Positions 6,619 through 15,964 of a DNA stretch of 43,647 nucleotides are shown one piece after another (position 1 is the first letter of the stretch; every line of letters begins with the position of its first letter). The notes under the pieces were generated by a model. The model was given only the letters and a program-made list of their open reading frames with translations. It was not told where the DNA came from and did not search any database. Where the stretch lies: IMG/VR virus record IMGVR_UViG_3300045808_000015. The stretch is one strand, 5' to 3'. The position numbers and the translations under genes were made by a program. The stretch is from a virus.

Positions 6619-6765
6619 ATGAATGAAGTAAAAATCAATGTAAAGCTAACCGGTGTAGAAGAAGCTACTGAAAAAGCAGAGCGATATGTCGAACTATTAA
6701 AAGAAGCCAAAACGTTGGCAGACGAATTAGCTTCAATGGAGTTTGAAATTGGAATTAAGCAGTAG
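6619..6765 (+). CDS. Small hypothetical protein (48 aa), below the ORF-track cutoff
   Basis: RBS aaggggg lies 7 nt before the ATG. My own translation: MNEVKINVKLTGVEEATEKAERYVELLKEAKTLADELASMEFEIGIKQ. Confidence 0.5.
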   Translation: MNEVKINVKLTGVEEATEKAERYVELLKEAKTLADELASMEFEIGIKQ

Positions 6766-6778
6766 AGGAGGCAACAGC

Positions 6779-6976
6779 ATGAATAATATACCAGTAAATA
6801 TTGTCATTAGAGGGGTGGAAGCTTTAGAAAGCATAGCAAAAAGCCTTAGCACTTTGGCAGAAGATACTAAGGCAAGAAAAGAATTAAATATAGAAATCCA
6901 TAATAGGTTAGAAAATCTTGAAGAAGTTCTATTGGATTTGAAAAACGATCCTTTTGGACTAAATAAAAGGAATTAA
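6779..6976 (+). CDS. Hypothetical protein (65 aa)
   Basis: Start trimmed to the ATG after agaggagg. Confidence 0.55.
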   Translation: MNNIPVNIVIRGVEALESIAKSLSTLAEDTKARKELNIEIHNRLENLEEVLLDLKNDPFGLNKRN

Positions 6977-7303
6977 GCTTTTTATTTTAATAGCATAATC
7001 AAGGACAGTATCAATCTTATCTTTAAATGTAGTTTCTAGCATAGCAATAGCTTCAGTATTGAGCGAGATGTACCAAATTGTAGAAGACACGTTTTTACCG
7101 GAAATCATATCGTGCCTCATGAGTTCCCAGCAAACAGATTTTACGTCTTCGATACTCCATTCAGGCATAACAGTTTCATGTAATTTCTCAAGATTTCCAA
7201 ATTTCAACGATGTACTTCTATTAGCACCAGATTTTCTTTTTTGTAGATACTCTTTATACATCATAGACAATAAATATTTGGCTTCATTTGTTAGTTCATC
7301 CAT
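6959..7303 (-). CDS. Hypothetical protein (114 aa), opposite in orientation to the early operon
   Basis: RBS gtgaggtg. Own extended -10 (TGGTATACT, reverse complement of 7330..7338). Confidence 0.65.
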   Translation of the reverse strand: MDELTNEAKYLLSMMYKEYLQKRKSGANRSTSLKFGNLEKLHETVMPEWSIEDVKSVCWELMRHDMISGKNVSSTIWYISLNTEAIAMLETTFKDKIDTVLDYAIKIKSLIPFI

Positions 7304-7355
7304 AATTTTTCACCTCACTTTCTATAGTGAGTATACCAAAGAAGGAGGCGACAGC

Positions 7356-7514
7356 ATGAAACGCTTAAATTTTCAAACGATCCTGCTTTCGATGATCGCA
7401 ATTCCAGTTTTCACGTTAGTCAATATTTGGCTGGCCTACGGCTACATTCTACTTTTCTTTTTAGTGATCGGATGGGAAAAGAAAAAGCCAACCGAGGGGG
7501 CTGACTATGAGTAG
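7356..7514 (+). CDS. Small membrane protein (52 aa)
   Basis: RBS gaaggagg. Two hydrophobic helices. The longer ORF call is antisense to 6959..7303. Confidence 0.55.
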   Translation: MKRLNFQTILLSMIAIPVFTLVNIWLAYGYILLFFLVIGWEKKKPTEGADYE

Positions 7515-7605
7515 CAGTGACATCATTACTCTGTTAACAATTTTTTTTGGATTAGCTTCAATAATCATCAATGTGTATTTGATTATTAAAGATATATTTT
7601 TTTAA
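7507..7605 (+). CDS. Hydrophobic mini-protein (32 aa), below the ORF-track cutoff
   Basis: RBS gaggggg lies 6 nt upstream. It overlaps the upstream gene by 8 nt. Sequence: MSSSDIITLLTIFFGLASIIINVYLIIKDIFF. Confidence 0.4.
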   Translation: MSSSDIITLLTIFFGLASIIINVYLIIKDIFF

Positions 7606-7622
7606 ATGTCGGGGGTACAAAA

Positions 7623-7892
7623 ATGGAGATTCAAATAACTGGAACACCAAATGAAGTTGAAGAAATGTTTCGTCGTATTGGTAAAAGTAAAGAACCAGTT
7701 GATTTAACAATAAACAATATCAATCCAAATAGGGCTTTGAAAGTTGCAAAAAGTATAGAAGACGTAACCTATAGTCTTTCTAATGACAACGTTGTAAACA
7801 CGGAAAACATTTCACCTGAATCAATTACAATCATTGCTGAATGTCAGTTGAGCCCGGTAATGAAGCTACGTTCTTCAAGGGAGGTAATTTAA
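7623..7892 (+). CDS. Hypothetical protein
   Basis: ORF with RBS cggggg. Confidence 0.55.
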   Translation: MEIQITGTPNEVEEMFRRIGKSKEPVDLTINNINPNRALKVAKSIEDVTYSLSNDNVVNTENISPESITIIAECQLSPVMKLRSSREVI

Positions 7893-7984
7893 AATGCTCC
7901 GTACCTCTTTATTCACAAAAAAAAGACTAGCCCCGTCTACCAAACTAAGCTAGTCAAAATACATCTATATAAGGAGAGTTTATC

Positions 7985-8329
7985 ATGACATTACGCGATA
8001 GTCTAGGTGTTCCTATGGATCCACCGGAAGAAAAAGAAATATTGAAAGATATCTACGGAGATCCAATTTATTTGAACAGTACCATTTACATCAATAAAGA
8101 TGGTTTGCTGCTTGAAGAAAACTTAGAACGCTATACAAATGAGTATGTGGAGGAGTTAACCGCAGGCGAAGCGAACGAAGAACTTAGAGAAACTATGCTG
8201 CCGAGTGAGTATTCAGAGGTAGTCAAAGAAGCTTTACTCACTTGGATCGTTAATAACGGCTATGCAAAATTTTTCGACTTACTGCCTAAGAGAGGAGAGG
8301 ACATTTTTGAATCTAGAAGATATCACTAG
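7985..8329 (+). CDS. Hypothetical protein
   Basis: ORF with RBS aaggagag. Confidence 0.6.
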   Translation: MTLRDSLGVPMDPPEEKEILKDIYGDPIYLNSTIYINKDGLLLEENLERYTNEYVEELTAGEANEELRETMLPSEYSEVVKEALLTWIVNNGYAKFFDLLPKRGEDIFESRRYH

Positions 8330-8804
8330 AGAAATAGAAATGATGAGACAGGTACAAAAATCAAAACTAGATCTGTACGATCGTCAGATAGCTGAAATTA
8401 CAGACGCAAAAGTAGCATTTCTAAATAAATCAAAGCAAGAGTTAGATGCTGCGTTAGAGATTCAAAGGCAGCTTTTAGGTGACGTGGAGTCGGTAGAAAC
8501 TGAGAGTTTCTTAATCAGTAAAAAACACCCAAATATGAAAAGTAAAACAACTTACAAATTGAATCTTCCAAATTCAAAAGAGGAAAAGGTCCGATTTGAT
8601 CGATACATGAAAGAAGAACATCCGGGTTTAATAAAGGAAGAATTAGTGGTCAAACCTATACAAAACGATATTAAGCAACTTCTAGTCGATGGAATTTTCC
8701 ATATGACTGATGAAGGATTGTTGATTGATGATAACGGAATGGCTATTCCAAACACAACCGTTGATGTTAAGGGAATCGAAGTGAAAGTGAAGGTGAAAGA
8801 GTAG
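8307..8804 (+). CDS. Siphovirus Gp157-like coiled-coil protein (tentative)
   Basis: TTG start 6 nt after aggagagg. It sits directly upstream of the AAA ATPase and helicase, as in the Gp157/Sak4 module. Confidence 0.45.
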   Translation: MNLEDITREIEMMRQVQKSKLDLYDRQIAEITDAKVAFLNKSKQELDAALEIQRQLLGDVESVETESFLISKKHPNMKSKTTYKLNLPNSKEEKVRFDRYMKEEHPGLIKEELVVKPIQNDIKQLLVDGIFHMTDEGLLIDDNGMAIPNTTVDVKGIEVKVKVKE

Positions 8805-9518
8805 ATGGAGATAATTAAAGCAGCTGATATTGATCGCGCTAGTAGTTTTTCCATTTTAATCTATGCACCGCCTGGCGGGGGTAAAACATATACGGCTAAT
8901 TACCTAAAAGGAAAAACACTTGTGATAGATATTGACCGCACTACAAACGTTTTAGCAGGAAATCCAAACATTGATATCGTTTATGCAGATTTAAATGATG
9001 TGGAGGTTGGAATGAAACGAATGTTAAGAGATATTCATGACAATTATTTAGACCAATATGACAATATCTTTTTTGATAACTTATCTGAATTCGAACAAGC
9101 ATGGCTAGCAGAGAAATCAAGACTATCAAAAACACGTGACGGTAAAGCAATGGGGATTCCTGAAATGGGCGATTATAACAAATTCTCATTTTACCTGCCT
9201 GACATGATTCGATACATCAATTCATGGAAAGGTGTAAACAAAGTTTTTACCGCTTGGGAAACACAAATTCAAATTCAATCACCGGGTGGTCAAATATTCA
9301 ATCAGTTTCATCCACAGATTCGAGAGAAGATTGTGAACAATATAATGGGCCTGATGAATATGGTTGGTCGTTTAATGCTCAATGAAGAAACAGGTAAAAG
9401 AGGGTTTTTATTAAAACGAACAGATCAAACCTATGCCAAAAATCAACTAGACGATCGAGAGTTTGCTCTGCAAGAGGAGTTGTTCGATATTGATGAAACT
9501 ATACGATTATCAGAATGA
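8805..9518 (+). CDS. AAA-family ATPase (Sak4/RecA-like recombination ATPase)
   Basis: Walker A IYAPPGGGKT. Position matches the conserved module. Confidence 0.75.
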   Translation: MEIIKAADIDRASSFSILIYAPPGGGKTYTANYLKGKTLVIDIDRTTNVLAGNPNIDIVYADLNDVEVGMKRMLRDIHDNYLDQYDNIFFDNLSEFEQAWLAEKSRLSKTRDGKAMGIPEMGDYNKFSFYLPDMIRYINSWKGVNKVFTAWETQIQIQSPGGQIFNQFHPQIREKIVNNIMGLMNMVGRLMLNEETGKRGFLLKRTDQTYAKNQLDDREFALQEELFDIDETIRLSE

Positions 9519-10842
9519 TCTAGTTAAGCGTGCTAAACAAGCTTATATCGAGGGATTTAAAGCTCCCTGTATTGTTTCGCCATGTGGCTCAGGGAAGTCG
9601 GTCATGGTCGCTGAAATCGCACGTATGACGACTTCAAAAGGCAATCGAGTTTTGTTTTTAGTTCATCGTCATGAACTTATAGATCAAATAAAAAAGACTT
9701 TCGAAACGATAGGTGTGGATTTAAAATTGGTTAATTTCGGAATGGTTCAAACGGTGGTAAGGCATCTTGAGACGATTAAAAAACCGCAATTAGTCATCAC
9801 TGATGAAAATCATCATGGATTAGCAGCATCGTATAGAAAAATCTATGATTATTTTTCGGACGTACCAAGACTAGGCTTTACTGCAACACCTATCCGATTA
9901 AATGGGAGTGGGTTAGGAGATGTTAACGATCTATTAATTGAAGGAGTATCAGCTAAATGGTTGATTGAAAATCATCGGTTGGCTCCTTATGAATATTATG
10001 CACCTAAATTAATCGATACTGCTGAATTGAAAAAAGCTTCAACTGGAGATTTTACGAAGAAATCAATGGATAAAGCAGTGAAGAATACAATTTATGGAGA
10101 TGTCTTGAAGCACTATCGAACGTTAGCAGACGGAGAACAAGCGATAGCGTACTGCCACAGTATTGAAGCAAGCAAACACACCAACGAGATATTCAATAAT
10201 GCTGGTTATAAAGCAGCACATATTGATGCAAAAACACCAAAAGATCAACGTGCAGACATTATTGAAGCATTCAGAAATCACGAAATTAAAATATTATGCA
10301 ATGTTGATTTGATTGGAGAAGGATTTGATGTCCCTGATTGTTCAACTGTGATTATGTTGAGACCTACTCAATCATTGTCACTATACATTCAACAATCGAT
10401 GAGAGGGATGCGTTACAGACCAGATAAAATGTCAATCATCATTGACCATGTGGGGAATGTGAATCGTTTTGGATTGCCTGATATGGATCGCGAGTGGAGT
10501 TTAGATAGCAAGAAAAAAGCGAACTCGGATAGCGATATTTCAATCGTTCAATGTCAGTTCTGTTTCGGAGCATACGAACGACCGAAGGGTGAGAATATTT
10601 GTCCGTATTGCGAAGAGGTACAGCCAATTGAAGAAAGAAAAAGTGAAATAGAGATTGATGAATCTGCCGAATTAATGAAAGTTGGAGAAACGAAAATTAC
10701 GTTGAATTTCGAGAATAACAAGTATTACAACATGACGGAAGATGAGGCTTCCACAGTTGAAGACTTATACGCAATCGCTAGAGCGAAAGGGTTTAAACCT
10801 GGTTGGGCATATATGGCAGCTAAAAGAAAGGGGATGTTGTAG
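9493..10842 (+). CDS. Superfamily-2 DEAD/DEAH-box helicase
   Basis: CGSGKS Walker A, TDENHH motif II, and a C-terminal CxxC..CxxC zinc ribbon. Start trimmed to MKLYDYQ. Confidence 0.85.
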   Translation: MKLYDYQNDLVKRAKQAYIEGFKAPCIVSPCGSGKSVMVAEIARMTTSKGNRVLFLVHRHELIDQIKKTFETIGVDLKLVNFGMVQTVVRHLETIKKPQLVITDENHHGLAASYRKIYDYFSDVPRLGFTATPIRLNGSGLGDVNDLLIEGVSAKWLIENHRLAPYEYYAPKLIDTAELKKASTGDFTKKSMDKAVKNTIYGDVLKHYRTLADGEQAIAYCHSIEASKHTNEIFNNAGYKAAHIDAKTPKDQRADIIEAFRNHEIKILCNVDLIGEGFDVPDCSTVIMLRPTQSLSLYIQQSMRGMRYRPDKMSIIIDHVGNVNRFGLPDMDREWSLDSKKKANSDSDISIVQCQFCFGAYERPKGENICPYCEEVQPIEERKSEIEIDESAELMKVGETKITLNFENNKYYNMTEDEASTVEDLYAIARAKGFKPGWAYMAAKRKGML

Positions 10843-11312
10843 TGCCGGGAAGAAAAGATTATTCAGGAGAAAAAATTGGGGACTGGAAAATTGTTGGCGA
10901 CACTGGTTTAACAAGCAAACACAACGGACAGATTGTAATAGCAAAGAACTTGATAACAGGCGAATACAAGGAAATTACGCCCGGTAATCTTCGAAATGGC
11001 AAAAAAACTAGTCAGATGAAGCAACTTGCTGATCAAAATCTAAAAAAGATAGAAGACAAATACAGAAAAGACGGAATAATGATTAACAAATTAACAGAAA
11101 AAATTAGAAGCAACAACACAACAGGAGTTAAAGGCGTTTATTGGGATAAAAGCGTAAATAAATGGCGTGCAAAATTAACCTTCAAAGGAAAAGTTGTGTT
11201 AAATAGAACTTTTTATACCAAAGAAGAAGCAATTGCAGCACGACTTGCAGCTGAAGAAAAATATTTCAAACCAATATTAGAAAAATACAACCAAACTAAA
11301 GGAGAAGATTAA
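10842..11312 (+). CDS. AP2-domain DNA-binding protein (homing-endonuclease-associated type)
   Basis: GVKGVYWDKSVNKWRAKLTFKGKVVLNRTFYTKEEAIAAR is an AP2/ERF-like motif. No HNH or GIY motif seen. Confidence 0.65.
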   Translation: MPGRKDYSGEKIGDWKIVGDTGLTSKHNGQIVIAKNLITGEYKEITPGNLRNGKKTSQMKQLADQNLKKIEDKYRKDGIMINKLTEKIRSNNTTGVKGVYWDKSVNKWRAKLTFKGKVVLNRTFYTKEEAIAARLAAEEKYFKPILEKYNQTKGED

Positions 11313-11314
11313 TT

Positions 11315-11812
11315 ATGACAGGATTTAACTTAGACTTTTCAAAAGCACAACAAGGAAACGAGATTAAAGACGGGGCTTATGAGGTAGTGGTCAATAAGGC
11401 AATCGAAAACGCCACGCCATCAGGCGCTGAGTATATCGATATCGATTTGATTGTTCGAAACGATGTGGAGCAAACATTCCAAAACAAACATATTTTTGCG
11501 AAGATTTGGAAAGCTAAAGCCACTGGAAAATACAATGAAGGAATGGTCATGGCAATCGCACAAGCTTTGCAATTAGAAGACGGAAAGTCTTATAACGGAT
11601 TTGATGAACTATTAGCTGATTTCGTACTAAAACCAGTGTTGGTTCGAGTGAAAACAGAAGAATCAAATGGTTATAAAAACGTGAATGTTAAGTCTTGGGA
11701 AAAGACAAATACAACTGGGGCAGTAAATCACCAATTTAAAAATGGAGACGAACCATCATTCGGACCTGCTCGTCCCGATGTAACGGTTCAAAAAGACGAC
11801 CTACCATTCTAA
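11315..11812 (+). CDS. DUF669-like protein
   Basis: Position between helicase and primase, and an N-terminal pattern typical of DUF669. Confidence 0.5.
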   Translation: MTGFNLDFSKAQQGNEIKDGAYEVVVNKAIENATPSGAEYIDIDLIVRNDVEQTFQNKHIFAKIWKAKATGKYNEGMVMAIAQALQLEDGKSYNGFDELLADFVLKPVLVRVKTEESNGYKNVNVKSWEKTNTTGAVNHQFKNGDEPSFGPARPDVTVQKDDLPF

Positions 11813-11827
11813 TCACGAGGTGTAAAG

Positions 11828-14140
11828 ATGTACGAAAAAATCCCAACAGAGCTTAAAAATCTCAAACAGTGGTGTGTTTACAAGCTAGTTTGGGATGAAA
11901 AAAGAAACAAACACACAAAGATTCCTTATAACGCAAACAATGGATATAAAGCAAAATCTAACGATGAGAGCACATGGTCTGATTTCCAGACCGCTCTCGA
12001 TGCTGTTAGCACATTCGATATGAGTGGATTAGGTTTTTTCTTCAAACCGCCATATTTTGGAATTGATATTGATAACGCAGAAGGTGAAGTCGAGCGATAT
12101 AAAACAGGAGATGTGGAAGAGAATATCATTTATGAATTCATAGAAAGCATGAAGTCTTATGCTGAATATTCGCAGTCAGGTACTGGCATCCACATTATCG
12201 CTAGGGGAGAACTGCCCGGCGGAAGGCGTCGCAAAGGTGATGTTGAGATGTATCAAGATGGACGGTTTTTCGTTATGACAGGCAATGCAGCATCTAGCTA
12301 TTTAGATGTTTCGGATCCTAATCCCAAAAATATTAAGCGTTTATATGATCGTTATGTAGGCGATTCTAAAGTTATTCAATTTAAAGAAGAGAACCCTTTG
12401 ATGAATACAGTAGAATTGCCAATCGATGAAATTGTTAAGCGAGCGCTGGCTTCTTCTCAAGGGGCACGCTTTAAAGTTTTTATGGATGGCGGTTGGGAAG
12501 CATTTTATTCTTCTCAATCAGAAGCAGATATGGCTTTTGCAAATGACCTAGCATTCTGGACAGGTAGAGATTTTGGAAAGATGGATGAAATTTTTCGTTC
12601 GTCAGCAATGATCCGAAGTAAATATGATCAAAAAAGAGGCGCCACAACTTATGGTGAAGGTCTTCTAAATAAAGCGATTGCCGACACGAACTCCGTTTAT
12701 AACCCGAAACGTAAATCTGATTTTAGGATCTATATCAAAGACCAAGAACAACTTAAAGAAAAGAAATTTTACTCATATGACGACACAGGAAATGCAGATC
12801 GTTTTAATGATATTTATGGAACGTTAGTCCGGTATTCCTATATTGACAAATCATGGTATTACTATGATGGAAAAGTCTGGATGCAAGATAATACCGGTGA
12901 AGTTCGGAAAATGGTCGATACAACTGTTGAAATCATGGGGAAAGAACCTTTATCCGTTCCGGAAGGAGCCGATGAAGAAACAAGAGAAGCGTTAGAAAAA
13001 GCAAAAGAAAAGCACGTCAAACGATCTCGAAGCAACGCTGGTAAAAATGCAATGATGGACGAATTAAAACACCGTTTATCTGTGTTGCCTGAAGAATTCG
13101 ATCGAGACAAATCATTATTCAATACGCAAAGCGGATATTTGTCACTCAATAATGGGCTTCTACATGAGCATGAAATTAGAAAAATGTTCACTCGCATTTC
13201 AGACGTTGAATATACTGAATCGGTTGATTATCCAATGTGGGAAGAGTTCATCAATCAGATATTTAACAATGATCAAGAATTAATCGAGTACATTCAAAAG
13301 TGTGTCGGATACTCACTCACAGGTTCCACGAGAGAGCAGTGCATGTTCATTCTTTATGGTCACGGTTCGAATGGTAAATCTGTATTCTTGGAAATCATTT
13401 CAGAACTCATGGGGAATTATGCTATGACTATGCAAGCGCAAACGATCATGGTGAAACAGAATCAATCATCGGCAAACAGTGATATTGCAAGATTGAAAGG
13501 CGCACGATTAGTTACATCGTCAGAACCAAACGAAGGCGTCCGATTGGACGAAGGCTTAGTAAAACAGTTGACGGGTGGCGATAAGGTAACTGCACGGCAT
13601 CTTTATGGGAAAGAATTTGAGTTTGAACCTGAATTCAAATTATGGTTAGCGACAAACCACAAACCGATTATTCGCGGAACCGACGATGGTATTTGGCGGA
13701 GATTGAACCTAATTCCGTTTATTGTACAGATTCCTGACCACAAGAAAGATAAAAACTTGAAATACAAACTGCAAACAGAACTGCAAGGCATTTTAAAATG
13801 GGCCATCGATGGTTGCTTAATGTGGCAGAGAGAGGGCTTGAAAAAACCACCGTCAGTTGTTGCAGCCAGTCAGGATTATCGCAGTGAAATGGACCAGATA
13901 GGTACATTTGTTGAAACATGTTGCGAAACAGGCACAGGACTAAAAATATCAGGCGGAGAATTATACAAAGTTTATCGTGAATGGGCGTTGGACAATGGAG
14001 AGCATACATTTACAAATACGAAATTCGGTAGAGAGATTTCAAAGAAATATACCAAAAAAAAATCTGATGGCGTAATGGTTTATACAGGAATAACACTGAA
14101 ACCAAGAAAATACGATAACGTTCGAGAATTGTTTAAATAG
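11828..14140 (+). CDS. Bifunctional primase-polymerase / P4-D5-type primase-helicase
   Basis: N-terminal prim-pol-like region. Walker A GHGSNGKS. The C-terminal region is typical of D5/P4 primases. Confidence 0.9.
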   Translation: MYEKIPTELKNLKQWCVYKLVWDEKRNKHTKIPYNANNGYKAKSNDESTWSDFQTALDAVSTFDMSGLGFFFKPPYFGIDIDNAEGEVERYKTGDVEENIIYEFIESMKSYAEYSQSGTGIHIIARGELPGGRRRKGDVEMYQDGRFFVMTGNAASSYLDVSDPNPKNIKRLYDRYVGDSKVIQFKEENPLMNTVELPIDEIVKRALASSQGARFKVFMDGGWEAFYSSQSEADMAFANDLAFWTGRDFGKMDEIFRSSAMIRSKYDQKRGATTYGEGLLNKAIADTNSVYNPKRKSDFRIYIKDQEQLKEKKFYSYDDTGNADRFNDIYGTLVRYSYIDKSWYYYDGKVWMQDNTGEVRKMVDTTVEIMGKEPLSVPEGADEETREALEKAKEKHVKRSRSNAGKNAMMDELKHRLSVLPEEFDRDKSLFNTQSGYLSLNNGLLHEHEIRKMFTRISDVEYTESVDYPMWEEFINQIFNNDQELIEYIQKCVGYSLTGSTREQCMFILYGHGSNGKSVFLEIISELMGNYAMTMQAQTIMVKQNQSSANSDIARLKGARLVTSSEPNEGVRLDEGLVKQLTGGDKVTARHLYGKEFEFEPEFKLWLATNHKPIIRGTDDGIWRRLNLIPFIVQIPDHKKDKNLKYKLQTELQGILKWAIDGCLMWQREGLKKPPSVVAASQDYRSEMDQIGTFVETCCETGTGLKISGGELYKVYREWALDNGEHTFTNTKFGREISKKYTKKKSDGVMVYTGITLKPRKYDNVRELFK

Positions 14141-14377
14141 GGAGGGTTTAGGGAGAGTTTGAATGTAACCCTCCCTGTACAAAAAACCTTATATATCAAT
14201 ACTTATATTACATTTTCTTCTTTTTAGGGAGGGTTTAAAAAAAATAATAAAGTATTAAAGTAAAAAATGAAAAGTAAATTATATAAAAAAGAATAGGTTT
14301 TTGGTACAAACCCTCCAGAACTATCCCTGTTTTACTAAGAAAGCCTATTATATCAACGATTATCAATAGGGAGGGTT
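14139..14377. repeat. Iteron-like AGGGAGGGTT repeats flanking an AT-rich stretch; putative origin
   Basis: Direct copies at 14139, 14226 and 14368. Inverted copies at 14167..14176 and 14309..14316. AT-rich core at about 14236..14300. Confidence 0.4.
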
Positions 14378-14380
14378 ACA

Positions 14381-14695
14381 TTGAAATCAGAACATCAAAT
14401 ACAAGATGAGATCAGAATTGCCTTATCAAAGAACGGTTGTACCATTTTTAGATCAAACGCTGGACAGGTAACTACGATCGAAGGAAGACAATTTTATGGA
14501 ATGCCAAAAGGATTCCCTGATCTGTGTGGGCATAGAAATTCAGATGGAAAATCGATCTATATCGAAGTCAAAAACGAAACAGGCAAACTTCGACCAGATC
14601 AAATACGATTCGGCGAATTTTTAAAAAAGCAGCCTGTTCTATATGGAGTCGCAAGGTCTGTCGAGGACGCTTTGCGGATTGTTAATAAGAAATAA
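14381..14695 (+). CDS. VRR-NUC domain nuclease
   Basis: GFPDL ... IEVK ... RPDQ motif order. TTG start after agggaggg. Confidence 0.75.
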   Translation: MKSEHQIQDEIRIALSKNGCTIFRSNAGQVTTIEGRQFYGMPKGFPDLCGHRNSDGKSIYIEVKNETGKLRPDQIRFGEFLKKQPVLYGVARSVEDALRIVNKK

Positions 14696-14724
14696 AAATA
14701 TTTCAATTGAAATAGGAGGGTCTA

Positions 14725-14991
14725 ATGAATACAACCAATAATAGAAAATTTGGTAAGTTTCTCGCGACGAACAACACGTTATCGCCAAAGAGACCGCAAT
14801 TAAATCCGGACAAATATTACAAGCTGGATTACGAAAAATGCATCTATTCGATCGTTGGGAAATTGATTAACGAGTATAAACATACGGCGTGTTTTGAAAT
14901 TGTGAATTGGCATGAAGCTGACGGTGCTACATTGAGAAACTTGGGCCATCGGGTGATCGTTAGAAAACAAGAAGCCGTTGAGATTGAGTAG
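14725..14991 (+). CDS. Hypothetical protein
   Basis: RBS taggaggg. Confidence 0.6.
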   Translation: MNTTNNRKFGKFLATNNTLSPKRPQLNPDKYYKLDYEKCIYSIVGKLINEYKHTACFEIVNWHEADGATLRNLGHRVIVRKQEAVEIE

Positions 14992-15046
14992 CGTAAAGTT
15001 ACTTAGTTTGGGGCATTAGCAGAGGAAAAGGAAAAGAGGGAATTAG

Positions 15047-15280
15047 ATGATTTACATTAAAAATTTCAATCATGATTTTGAATCTTCTACAATCACGTTT
15101 GAAGTAGAAAATGAAGGAGTAACAAATAAAGTGGAGACTAAAGAAAGCGGCTACGGTGCAACTTCTACTGATATAGATTCATTTCCTGACATCGAGGATT
15201 GGTCTGACGCTGAGTACAGCCAGCTAGAAGATTTTCTGAGCGGTTGCCAACAAATTGTTCACCAATTTTATCATTATTGA
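15047..15280 (+). CDS. Small acidic hypothetical protein
   Basis: RBS aagaggg. Rich in D/E. Confidence 0.55.
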   Translation: MIYIKNFNHDFESSTITFEVENEGVTNKVETKESGYGATSTDIDSFPDIEDWSDAEYSQLEDFLSGCQQIVHQFYHY

Positions 15281-15311
15281 TCCACTAACGGAGGACTTAG
15301 AGGAGGAAAAA

Positions 15312-15620
15312 ATGAAGACGTTAAAAATTGAAATGACTAGACGAGATAAAGTAAAAGTGAAACTTGATGAATCATATTTTACCGATGAATGGTTCGAAGA
15401 ATTTAGAGAGTTTTTCTATGACTTTTATGATTTGGAACAGTTAGCCGAACATATCGCTTACAACATTGTCCATAACAATGCGACGTTTATTGAAGGCGTG
15501 GGCACACCTCTCAGAGATGGTGAAAAGCCGTATTGGTTGAGCGAGTCAGAGGAGAAACAACTTAATAAGCATGTGAACGTAATTTTTAATCCGTATGATA
15601 CGGATGTTGAATACGAATAG
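15312..15620 (+). CDS. Acidic hypothetical protein (102 aa)
   Basis: Start trimmed to the ATG after agaggagg. Confidence 0.6.
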   Translation: MKTLKIEMTRRDKVKVKLDESYFTDEWFEEFREFFYDFYDLEQLAEHIAYNIVHNNATFIEGVGTPLRDGEKPYWLSESEEKQLNKHVNVIFNPYDTDVEYE

Positions 15621-15654
15621 TTCCGCAAACGACGGGCTTAGAGGAGGAAAATAA

Positions 15655-15930
15655 ATGAGAACAGAATGTAATAAATACCAAGAATACATGACTCATGGAG
15701 ATAATACGATTGCTAATCATCGAGTTTACAAGTTCCCTAATGGTTGGGGTGCAAGTGTGATTTGCGGTTTCGGATCATACGGGTTGGAGTTAATGCCAAT
15801 CAGTTTTGACGGATCAGGCGATTATACCTTTAACTGGGAGCCTTTTGGCCATCTGTCTGACCAAGAGATGGAAGCTCACCTAACTGATATTTTTGAAAAC
15901 GGAGAGAAATGTCAAAGAGAAGAAGTGTAA
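15655..15930 (+). CDS. Hypothetical protein
   Basis: RBS agaggagg. Confidence 0.6.
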   Translation: MRTECNKYQEYMTHGDNTIANHRVYKFPNGWGASVICGFGSYGLELMPISFDGSGDYTFNWEPFGHLSDQEMEAHLTDIFENGEKCQREEV

Positions 15931-15964
15931 TTCCAGAAACGAAGGCAATAGGAGAGGTTTTTAA

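Noticed and set aside
7321-7332. ctatagtgag resembles the reverse complement of a T7-type promoter core
   Set aside because: It is only a 10-nt match, and no single-subunit RNA polymerase gene is present. It is better explained as the -10/UTR region of the minus-strand gene.
7059-7355. N-terminal 99 codons of ORF 7059..7514 (+)
   Set aside because: They are antisense to the better-supported 6959..7303 gene. A strong RBS and ATG at 7356 give a sensible short membrane protein.
8552-13806. Nested ORFs inside the replication genes, mostly antisense plus one + strand out-of-frame ORF (8552..8854, 8941..9189, 10439..10627, 10742..10987, 11926..12129, 12862..13197, 13603..14009)
   Set aside because: Each lies within a longer, motif-supported gene and has no translation signals.
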